A DNA stretch of 63,442 bases. It comes from Chara braunii (lineage: Eukaryota; Plantae; Charophyceae). The stretch is from NCBI GenBank assembly GCA_003427395.1, contig BFEA01000015.1, positions 6,571,859 to 6,635,300 of the forward strand, in the 5' to 3' direction. The position numbers were made by a program, and so were the translations under genes. A model generated the notes under the pieces. The model was given only the letters and a program-made list of their open reading frames with translations, ran no database searches and was not told the DNA's origin. Of this stretch, positions 50,346 through 61,797 are shown piece by piece; the first letter of the stretch is position 1, and every line of letters starts with the position of its first letter.

Positions 50346-53300
50346 GTTTGAAAAATATATATATTTTTTTCATGCCCGAAAATAAAGGAAAAACAAAAAG
50401 TGAAAAAAAAAAAAAAAAATAGTGAGTGGGCGAAAAAGTTTTTACACCATCATATTTGTTGATTGTTCATTATTGTTTGGCTTAACAGAATGCCTTCAAA
50501 ATTAAGAGAAATATGCATTACATTACAAAAAACTTACAAAAAAAAAATCAAAAAAAAATTATAATATTTAGGTACCAAATATTTTTTTGGCGGGGTAAGA
50601 ACCCTTTCAGGTTCGATCCTTGTACTGGGATCCGAACGCCCGAATATTCGGGGATCAACTTAGAGGCCTCTGTACGTTCAGCGTGGCAACCTTGTATATA
50701 TATACTTTACTTTTTATTCTACTTTTTATATTATCTCATTTTTATAAGTCCCCTGCCAACGATGCAGGGCACATTTCATGATTTGCGTAAGCTGTGTTTC
50801 CTCAAAGGATTGTAACCCTGATCACATTGTCACTCAAAGAAATATATTCAGCCATTTTCACTGCCAAATCCGTGTTTTCATTTTTTTATTTTTTTTATAG
50901 TCTTTTTGGAATGTGCTGCTACAGGGTTGAGACGCCGTCATTTAAGGCACACTCACATTTCCACTTCAAATAATGTATACAACTTCATTTTAAGGTCGAT
51001 AAATTTCCCCCCCCCCCTCCCCCTTTTTTGTGAGTTTTACGGCTATAATTTTTTTTTTTTTTTTCATGTCCGTGAGAGTACGAGAAAAGAAAATGGAGTG
51101 GGACCTAGACGAGGTCAAACTCGAAGCGCAATAAAATTAAGACTCGACAAAAAAAGGCTCGGAGGTACTCGTGGTTTAAGCAAAAAAAAAAAAAAAAAAA
51201 GTCTTGGTACAAACAAGCTCAATCCAAATATAACTCCATAATGGCAACAATTATAAACGATATCAGAATGTTGTAACAAAATGCATGTGATAAGGTCATA
51301 ATAAGGGACCTAAGTTTATATTTAATTACAATAATTACAACCAATATCATATTGTTGTTATAAAATGCTAGGCAGCAAATCTGGATATCCGACACACAAA
51401 TTTTGTCTTGAGTTTTCAATCCGGATGAAAGTTCAGGATTCATTCAAGATATGGAAAACTCGGTCGTGCGCAAATTATTTACATGTCAAATCCAAGCAGG
51501 GCGGTATTTAAGACATTTTTATTATAATCATAGTATTACGAGGAACCTTGGAGCAGCCAGTCCGAGTTCAAGCCTCTAACGAGGGAACATGTGGGGGTTG
51601 CACCCAACCTGCAGGTGAGTAATATGTCACACCAAACCACCTTACTTGATACTTCTCAAAATCAATATGTTTCAAAGACTTAAAAATTTTTGTGAACTTC
51701 TCAACCTTATTGTCTTTCCCTTTTTTTTTCTCATGGACTTCCTTGTTGCTCGGGTTGTATCGACGGAGCAATGATATAAGGTTGAGTAAGGAGTTTCTAA
51801 AGTCTTTTTGGAGAGGATTTATTCAAGTAGCGTAAGTTAATAAGCAATTGTGCAACGATTTATGGTGCTACACACAACAATCAATTTTATGTGCTATAAC
51901 ATAGCATATCATTTTATTGTTCACCTTCAACTTTTTCATTTATGTCTCAACTCAAACTATACGTTAGATCTGACTTGCATTATCTGCAGTTCCGACTCAC
52001 AATATCCTTAGTAAACTATAAAGTTTACATAATTTAGAATTACATTACCAATTATTATGTAATCGCAACAATTTTTTAAAGTTCACTGATCTTTAGTTTT
52101 AGTATATTTAAAGTAAAGTTTGCAAGTCATTAAGAACAACGGTTCTACAAGTTTAGTTCTTAAAACTTACTTTTTCTTTTTTTTTCTTTTGCGAATTTTT
52201 TTTTTTTTTCGAACTTACTTTAAATTATAAATTATAATTTTTTTATTTGTTATTCAAAACGTTATCATTTATATTTTTTTATAATGTTCTTCTTGTTCTT
52301 TGTTTGCAAGGTTAAGTGAGTGAAAATTTCACAAGTAAAAATTGATCGCTCTATGTTATTTAGTATAATGTTCAACGATGCAACTCATAAATTTCAGTTT
52401 CGTCTAACACAAAGTCTAATAAACAAATGATACATAAAAATATATTAAAAGCGAAAAAAAAAAACTACTTTAAGTGTATACATTTTTACCTAAGCTACCA
52501 GAGTGGTCCATGACAACTTGCCTTAACAGGTCAAAACTAAATATTTTTTTTAAAGAAAGAAAGTAGGTTCCTAGAGTGACCCAAGACCACTTGCCCAACC
52601 AGACAAAAAATATATATAAATAAATAAAAATAAAAAATATTGTCTTACTTTGTTTTTATTTTATATGTGGTATTGAATTTCGATGTGACCCCAAAACAAA
52701 TCTTGTTCAGTTTTTTTTTTTGCATAACGTAGTTGTTTTGCAGATTTTTTTTTTTTTNNNNNNNNNNNNNNNNNNNNNNNNNNNNNNNNNNNNNNNNNNN
52801 NNNNNNNNNNNNNNNNNNNNNNNNNNNNNNNNNNNNNNNNNNNNNNNNNNNNNNNNNNNNNNNNNNNNNNNNNNNNNNNNNNNNNNNNNNNNNNNNNNNN
52901 NNNNNNNNNNNNNNNNNNNNNNNNNNNNNNNNNNNNNNNNNNNNNNNNNNNNNNNNNNNNNNNNNNNNNNNNNNNNNNNNNNNNNNNNNNNNNNNNNNNN
53001 NNNNNNNNNNNNNNNNNNNNNNNNNNNNNNNNNNNNNNNNNNNNNNNNNNNNNNNNNNNNNNNNNNNNNNNNNNNNNNNNNNNNNNNNNNNNNNNNNNNN
53101 NNNNNNNNNNNNNNNNNNNNNNNNNNNNNNNNNNNNNNNNNNNNNNNNNNNNNNNNNNNNNNNNNNNNNNNNNNNNNNNNNNNNNNNNNNNNNNNNNNNN
53201 NNNNNNNNNNNNNNNNNNNNNNNNNNNNNNNNNNNNNNNNNNNNNNNNNNNNNNNNNNNNNNNNNNNNNNNNNNNNNNNNNNNNNNNNNNNNNNNNNNNN

Positions 53301-56300
53301 NNNNNNNNNNNNNNNNNNNNNNNNNNNNNNNNNNNNNNNNNNNNNNNNNNNNNNNNNNNNNNNNNNNNNNNNNNNNNNNNNNNNNNNNNNNNNNNNNGAC
53401 TGCAGCTGCTTCGTCTGACGCAGCGTGTGGACCATCCGCTCCGACAGATGCAGTAGTTGCAGTGACAGCGGCATCCACACACACACACACACAGAGGAGG
53501 GTTTGTTGCTGCAATCAGTAACTGCTACACATGCAGCGACTGCAGCTGCTTCGTCTGACGCAGCGTGTGGACCATCCGTTCCGGCAAATGCAGCAGCTGC
53601 AGTGACAGCGACATCCACACACACACACATACACGCAAACACACACACGCACACACACACATTTTATCCACACACAAACACAAGGAGCGACACACACGTG
53701 AGCACACATACACACGCACTATTTACTCGCACACACACACATTGTCTGCACACACACCTGCACTATGTAGACACACACAGATGCACTGTCTACACACACA
53801 CACACACTCAGACTCACACAGAGAAGGAAACAGTAGCAAGGCCAACACAAAAGTTGTTCAGTTTATTAAACTTTATTTTCTGCATAACATTCTTTTTTTT
53901 ATTTCAAATGTGATAAATAATTTCGATATAACCCCAAAGCAAAAGTTGTTCGGTTTATTGTTCTGCATAATATAGTTGTGTTTAAGATTTTTTTGAGGGT
54001 TTTTTTTTTTTTTTTTTTTAATCATTTGGGCTTCGGACAGACTGCAAGGGGAGGACGTCCAACCATTTGTCCGATCGGACAACCTCGAACGATCAAGGGG
54101 GTCCCGGACGTTCGATCTGCTAACATGGATTTTTTTGCAAATATTTTCGATTTTTTTTTAACCCCATGGCTGGGCTGCCCCAAAAAACACAGTTAATCGG
54201 GCAACCCGACTGGTAGCCTAGGATTTTTTGAATTTTTTTAAATTGTTTTATTTTACAGTGACTTTGCCTGCTCCTTGCACGGTCGGACCTCCCGTGAAAA
54301 CAATGTAACCTCCAGCTGACAGTCAACCTACTATATTACGCATATAGTTTTTTTAATTTTAACAAAATAAAATTGTTATATTTTTTATGTGTGTTCTTAC
54401 TTAATAATAATTACTTAATAAGACTTATAATGATTTTGTTACCTCGGCATGAAGTACAAAAGGAAAAACGATCAACGATTAACTTCATTATAAAATGCAA
54501 AAGCACGACAACTATAAGCAATAACTCAATATTGTAACAAAATTTGTGTAATAAGGTTTTGTTAGTGAATATTTAATATAAATTGTTTTATTATAGTATC
54601 ATACTTTACTTTTGCAAGTTTGTTAAAATATTTATGTTCAATTTTTTTTTATTATTTTTTTTTAAGTCAACAATATGTCATAAACCTCGCTAAATTTGCA
54701 GTTGTATAATACTAAGTATATTGTTACATTATTTTATGTTTTTTTTGTTTCATGACTTTCTTTCTTGCTTTTGAGAACGACAATATATCACACTAAAACA
54801 CCTAAGTGACCCATTATGTATTTTTATTAATGTTTCGCAAAATAACCTAATGTCAACAATATGTTTTTTATTTTAGTCAAACTAAGGTTATTACACCATT
54901 TTATATTCATCTCTGCTCCCGACACTTTATTCTTATTACGCAATGAAACTCTTAAACCTTATGGTACTCAAGTATTAAATATGTCAAAACCATGACTTAT
55001 CAGCAAACAAAAATATAATTGTGCTATTTTTGTTAGAAGTATGCATTATAGTACTTGTTCAACTTCCTTGTAGTATTTTAATTATAGCTATTTCGTAAGT
55101 AGCACGGATAATCTGGTCGGATGATCAGGTCGGATTATCTTGTTGAATTATCCGATGGAAGAATTATCTGAATATCCAGATAATTAAAAAATAACATAAA
55201 ATATAAAAACAAAAATGATATTTCATATATTATATACAACAAATTATCCTATTTCATAAAAAGATTGATTGGTCGTCAAAGAGTTCAAAGGGGGTATAAA
55301 TAGGGAATTAAGGGGTTTGAAGGGGATTTGTTAAATTTATTTTATCTCAATACTATTTAATTCATTTATTTTATTTTTTATCTTCATTGTGGTTACGATA
55401 TCAAAGATGAAATGTAACCTGCGTAGCACAACGAACATGTTCGTGCCCCTCTGCGTGCGAGCGAACGTGCTCGTGCGTTTACGCGAACGGCTTGCGAACG
55501 TGTTCGGACGACTTCGTAAAAAAAAACAAATTGGATTTTTTTTTGTTTTTAATTTCTTACTTAGGACTCTCTAAGAATTTGAACGTGACTCTGTTTGTAT
55601 TGCTGTTTTGCATGACATATAGTTGTTTCAGATTTTTCTATGACTTTTGTTTCTTAAAATATTTTTTTTAATGTTTGCGTTTGGAGGGTTTTCGACAGTT
55701 ATTCGCGTTCTGGGGACCATGTTCGGGTTCGCCTCGAACGCGAACACGATGTTACGCAACTTGAAACCAAAAATTGTTTTTATTTTTTATGTATATAAAA
55801 TTTTATTTTTTAGATGTTTTTTAATTTATTTTACCTAGGCTACCTGAGTGGTCCGGGACCACTTGCTGGTGTTGGGGTATTTGCCTGGGGTTTTCAACGT
55901 CGGACGTTGTCCAACTCTTTTGTTGAACTGATGGGCTTAATGAGACTGACGTTTGCCAAAATATTTATTCAGACCTGACCTATGACTGAAAGATTGAAAG
56001 TTTTTGAACTTTAGTCCAGATGCCTGCGGCATAGCAGTAAGCGGCAGTGCTTCGTTTTTGTCGAGGTCGCAGGAATATGCGGACATGGGAACGCTAAAGC
56101 CAGACCTATTCTACCTAAAATAATGTCGCGCGGCTTAGTAGCCGCGCAATTCGGGGTCTGAATAGGCTAAAAGGAAGGACACGCCGGATAAGACCGCGAC
56201 ACAGGAATAATAGATAGTCCCTAGGCCCGCGGGGGTTGATCCCGAGCCAGGGGGGGGGGCCAACAGGCCTACACCGAGGCCTATCCGTTAGGTGACCCCG

Positions 56301-57280
56301 AAGCCGTGGATGGGTAGCCATCCACAGAGCGACAAACAGGATGGGCCTCGGGCCTCAGGTAAGTAGGGCCTACGGGGCCACAAGGAGGCAGGGCCTGCAA
56401 AGGTCATGTGGGAGGGGTTGGAGCAGGCGGTGCCTGCTATGCTGCAGGCAGGAGAGGAGGTCGGGTTGGGTTCTTCTTATAGAAGAGGTGCTCCTACTAC
56501 TCTTGTGGTAGGAGTCAGCCCAGAAGGTTAACGCATCAAAGTCTTACCCCAGAAATGCGAGGGTCGAATCCGACAGGCACCGTTGGGTTGGCTCCTGTTG
56601 GAGCTGGCCTTCACGAAGGCGCGACCGGTTTTGGCCGTTCGATCGATAGGATCGCGCGACTGAGATCCATCGCGCGGATTCGATGTGGCCACTGTGCAAG
56701 GATGGCACGCATAAATCGAGAAACGGTCTGAAGGGTTTCGAACCTGGGCCTGCATTGTGACAAAGCGTGGCTGAAAAGCCACGCGTTTTGAAGTGATCGT
56801 TGGTTTTAAGCCAACGAAAAGAAAAAAAAGAGAAAAAAAAATGAAAAAAAAACTTACAAAACTAAAACTAAAGCGCCACTTGTCGCACAATGAAGTATCT
56901 GGGGCACTTCGGCCCCAGTGAATGTGACGTCGCCCGTGAAAACGGGCGACTGTTGGAAACAAGGTGAGAGTTTTTTTTCTTCTTTTGTTTTTGTTTTATT
57001 TTTTTTGAATCTTCTCATATTTTTCTTCTTTTAGATTGATTTTGGATTTTCTTAGTTGGATTTTTTTTATATTTCGTTGTTTTCTTTTTCTTTTATTAGT
57101 GAAATTAGTGAAGTGCCTGTTCTGCTACTGATGTTAGGGTGAGCAAAATCGAATGAATCTACCGCGTGAACGCAGTTTTGTTCGGATGAGGGTTTTGGGA
57201 CCTTGTACTTGAGTTACGAGGGACTCTCTGCACACGCTTTGGGTGGTTTCCTTTTCGCAACGGACAGTCGCGCCCATCGG

Positions 57281-57283
<3 letters not shown>

Positions 57284-57371
<88 letters not shown>
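57284..57371. repeat. (TA)n microsatellite adjoining a gap; (GA)n tracts also at 5863-6073 and 24448-24498
   Basis: Directly visible in the sequence. Confidence 0.95.
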
Positions 57372-57520
57372 NNNNNNNNNNNNNNNNNNNNNNNNNNNNN
57401 NNNNNNNNNNNNNNNNNNNNNNNNNNNNNNNNNNNNNNNNNNNNNNNNNNNNNNNNNNNNNNNNNATGGGCCGTGCGCCTGTATCGGGCGCCCATGCGGC
57501 CCAGATACGGGCGCAGGCTG

Positions 57521-57578
57521 GGGGAAACAAACCCCTTGAGCTTGACTCTAGTCCGTTTCTGTGAAATGACTTGAGAGG
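57521..57578 (+). pseudogene. short 25S/28S rRNA-derived fragment
   Basis: GGGGAAACAAACCCCTTGAGCTTGACTCTAGTCCGTTTCTGTGAAATGACTTGAGAGG closely matches the conserved eukaryotic LSU segment GGGGAAAGAAGACCCTGTTGAGCTTGACTCTAGTCCGACTTTGTGAAATGACTTGAGAGG. Confidence 0.75.
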
Positions 57579-59808
57579 GGGTGGCTGCTCGTTTTTTAAA
57601 ACGAGCTGCCCCCTACTCTGAAAAACGAGGGTCAACAGGAAAAAAAAAAAAAAAGGGAAAGTAAGGAAGGGGGGGGGGGGGAAATGTAGTGGTCGCGAAT
57701 GTGGCCTCGGCCGCGGAACAGGTGCAGCCCCATAAGTTTCTAGGGGCTGATTGGACTGCGCTTGTTCAGTTGAACATGCAGTCATGAAATGGCTGTGTAC
57801 AACCATTTCCAGGAGCACCTGGCCTTGAAAACGGCCAGGTACTCCTCTAATTTGATGGCCCTGGTTCCCCTAGGGGGAAACCAAGGCACAGGGTTCCTGG
57901 CCGTTGATTTAGATCAAAGGCTAGGAGCACTGACGAATTTCGCCTGGCTGTGGGCAAAGCAGCTGCCCACAACCATCAACTGGCTATAAAAGTCAGCACT
58001 CCACCCAGCAGTATCACACTTGTGGCAGTGCTGCTGGGGCATTCACTTGAGTGAATACTGGCTAGCTGCTGCATGTTGTTGGAGAGGGGTGGTGCTAACG
58101 GTGGAGGTGTTTAAGTGGAGAGTGAAGGTCTGTAGGGAGTTGGAGGAGGAGAAGGGCGACAACCATAGCTGAGGGCTTGGCGCTTTGCCCCACCCGTATG
58201 CGTGTGCTGTGTATGTGGGCTGGTGCTGCGGTGGTAAGGCTGCGTCAGGGTCCGGACGGTGTGCTGCCGGATTTTTCCGACGACGGCATTGGTTTTAACA
58301 GCAGTGGTGCGAAAGCATTGCCGGTTTTTCATGGCGGTGGCGGCGACGACACTTTGCTGGGGAGATGCCGCGCGATTTTTGTGGCGACGATAGTTTTTTG
58401 TTGACGTACTGCGGGAGCGCTGCCGAATTCTTTATGGCGGCAATTGTGATTGTTTTGGCAGTGACGTGGAAGCGCTGTCGGGTTTTTGCGGCGACTGCAC
58501 TGGTTAACGGCAGTGGTGAGGAAGCACTGCCGGTTTTGCACGACGGCAGCGACGTTGTTAGTGGGGAAGTGCTGCCATTTTTTTTGGCACGGTGGCAGCA
58601 ACATTTTTCGATGGGACCATGCTGCCAAGATTGGCAGTGGTATCGACGTTATTTTCTTAAGGTTATGTTGGCGGCACGTCGACAGCACTATTGTGAGAGA
58701 AGATTGTTGTGGGTTTTTGCGTCACAGTGGAGGCAGTTTTGGTGTGTGATCAGGTGGTGGTGTTGCGGGGCAGCCATGGTACCAGTTTTGACGGTGCAAC
58801 AAGCAGTGGTCCGTGTTATTTTTGTGGTGCGTGGCGGTTGTGGTGGATTTCAGTGTGGCCTAGAGGTTGGGCTAGCGCTAGTGTGTGGTTGGAACTATGC
58901 GGTAGCTGTGCGTGGACTGGCGGCATGAAGAAATCGCAAAGTGAGTGCACGCGGCACTGGCTGTTGGAGTTGATGCACTTGAGGTTTGTGTCGGAAGGAC
59001 ATCTTTATTTTTTTTGGGGCTCGCGACACCTGTGGGTTTCACCGGGGGCCACCTTTATTTTTTTGCGGCACGCAGTGCAAGCGGTTTTGAGTTCTGGACC
59101 ATCTGGTATTGCGGGCGATAATATGGGACTGCATTGAGACCACGTGGGACTGATTTTGAGATCGGGACTGGCATGATGGCATGGCTATTGTAAACGGACA
59201 GGGTGATTCGAGGCGGCATGGACTTGCCTTTGGTTGGGGAGTATCCTTGGTGGGGGAAGTACAGTTGGGACTATGTTGGGGCAGCCCGGGACATTGTGAC
59301 CACGTGAAAACTCATTTGTGGGAACACCCTCCTGGAGAGCTATCTCGCTTGAGTTGTGTGACCCAGCCTCTGCTCATTTGGACACTTGATGGGAGACATG
59401 AACTGTGGTTCATGAGAAAGGCCACAACTTATGAGTTGTGTGCCGCATATTTTTTCTACGGCGGTCATTTTCTTCTGATTGGACCCGACTTTCTTGAATG
59501 GGTCGAACCAAACTCACTCAAGGTCGGTTGAATGACTCGGATTTTCCTTCACACCTGTTTGAACCCACACTGTGCTTGACCCTGTTGTTTTGAACGTTCG
59601 AAAGAAAAGGTAGAGAAAGTTGTGCGAGTCATGCATGTGAATGGGAAGGTCTGACGTAAGTCTAGGATTATACTGTTTTTTTTCTTAACTTATTTTCTAT
59701 GCATGTCGTGCAAGTAGGTAGAGGGATGCTTACAAAGGAGATTGATTATGCCTATTTGAGATGAAGGAATGAATTGTCTTCTTTCTACCTTTCACATGCC
59801 TGCTTATC

Positions 59809-59861
<53 letters not shown>

Positions 59862-61532
59862 GCATGTGTTGTAGAATGAATTTGATTGAAATAAAGCAGA
59901 CAAGGTCAAATGGACCTAGTTTTTTCCGAGGATTACCCATTCTATTCTAAATGACCTTGTCTGCCTGTACCTGTCCAAATGATTCTTATTCTCGATCTCT
60001 TTCGATTTCTTTTCGTCTCACTTACCCTGGACTTAGGCGAAATGAAAAATAAATGAAAGCAACTTGCAGTTGGCGCATCCGCTATTTCTAGAAAGCATCT
60101 GGGACGGGGCTTCATTGCTTTAGGAACCGGCCATGTTATCGACCCGGAGTGAACCGTTCTACGGAGGGGTACTTGCCGATTCGGTGGAGACGACCCGACT
60201 TCTGAGATCCGAGACTTGTGCTCGAGCGAGGAGGAGGAGTACCCCAGACCACTTCCTAGAGAAAGAGGCATGCAACACTTCAAGCAATGACCCTGATCAA
60301 GAATCACTCGCAAAACAACCTTTCATCCAAGAAGATTGATAAAATATAAAAACAGGTGTGAGCGCGTATAATCTTAGGTTTGCGGTAGGCTGGAACGAAT
60401 GACTTGGCAACGCGTCTCATCAAGTTAAAACTGAGGTTGTCCAACTACCATGTTGGCAACATCAATGTTATTTTCGGTAGCCAACTCCTTGTTGGTGGTT
60501 GTATGACTATTTTGTGGAGTTCGACCCCAGGGTGGTCGGATTTTATTTTTGATCTTGTGATATTGGATGTATCAGATGAAGACTTTGATTCTCTCAGTTA
60601 TCATTTCAGATTGGGTATGTTCACGTCGACGACGGTCGATTTCTTTTGATGTAATTATTTGTGGATGTTTAACTTTCGCTTGACTATGTGTTAAAGGGAC
60701 TAGGATTGAGTTGTGGGTTTCACGCTTGGTTGAGACCGTCGTAGTCGGCTGACGTTTACTCCGTACCTAGGAGATAAGCGCCCTAGGAACGAACGACGCT
60801 CGTGTCCACTCGTCGTTAACCAAGCGTATCTATATTACATCGAGCGAGCAAACGCCCTTGGCTAACCTACCTCCGCAATTGCATCTAGAAGCTTTCGCAC
60901 GTGGGTCAGTAGCTCGGTAGGGATACGCCCCTAAAGGTGGTGACAGTCCCTTAGGGAAGGAAAGTTTATGCCCCGCGGGAACCTATCTTGTCGGAGGGGA
61001 CCGCGGGATGTACAGCTGACACACCCGGCCAGAGTGGCGACGGAACCGCGGCCGTCTCGGCAGCTCGCGGGATTAGTTAGGCGTCGTTCCCAAGTTGTCT
61101 TTGTTTTGTTTAGTTAAACTCCTGCGTGATATGGTCGGGAGGGCTCTCGCCTTTGCGAAAAAGGCGGGAGCAGTTGCGCTCGACATCGGATCAGACAAAA
61201 ACCAAATTAAAAAAATAAAAATAAGATTTAAAAAAAAAAAATTGGTAAGTAATTTTGATCTCACCCTGGGCAATTGTTCATTTTATTTTTTTGCATAACA
61301 TAGGTTTTTGTTTTTTGGACCTTCCCTGGTCTTTCAGTCAGGCAGCCTAAGAAAATAGAGTGATCCGTGGGGGCCGGGTGGTAACCTAGAGAAAAACCCT
61401 ATTTGGTGCAGGGTAGGACTTCCGATATTCATACTTAATGCGAAAAATTCATTTGAATCTAGGCTATCAAAGTGGTCTGGGTCCACTTGCCCCGCCGGTC
61501 CAAAACTAAATTAAAAAAAAATATTATTATTA

Positions 61533-61797
61533 TCTAGGCTACCGGCTGGGCCGCCCGGATCACCCTATTTTCTCCGGCGGCCCGGCCGTGCAAGGACCAT
61601 GGAAGGTCCCAAAAAAAAAAAAAAAAAAAAACGAAAAGAAACTATGTTACGCAGAAAAATAAACTTAATAACTCTTGCCGCAGGGTCACATCGAAATTCT
61701 TTACCAAATTTAAAATAAAATTTTAAATAAAAAAGATACTTTTATTTTCTTTTTTGCCCAGTCGGGCAAGTGGACTCGGGCCACTCTGGTAACCTAG
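61533..61797. mobile_element. short complete copy of the CTAG-bounded MITE
   Basis: CTAGGCTACCGGCTGGGCCGCCCGG ... GGGCAAGTGGACTCGGGCCACTCTGGTAACCTAG. Has the same two asymmetric ends as 25100-26052, in the opposite orientation. Confidence 0.7.

Noticed and set aside
44730-53660. ORFs of 230-320 aa spanning N runs (44867-45585, 52758-53397)
   Set aside because: Artefacts of assembly gaps.
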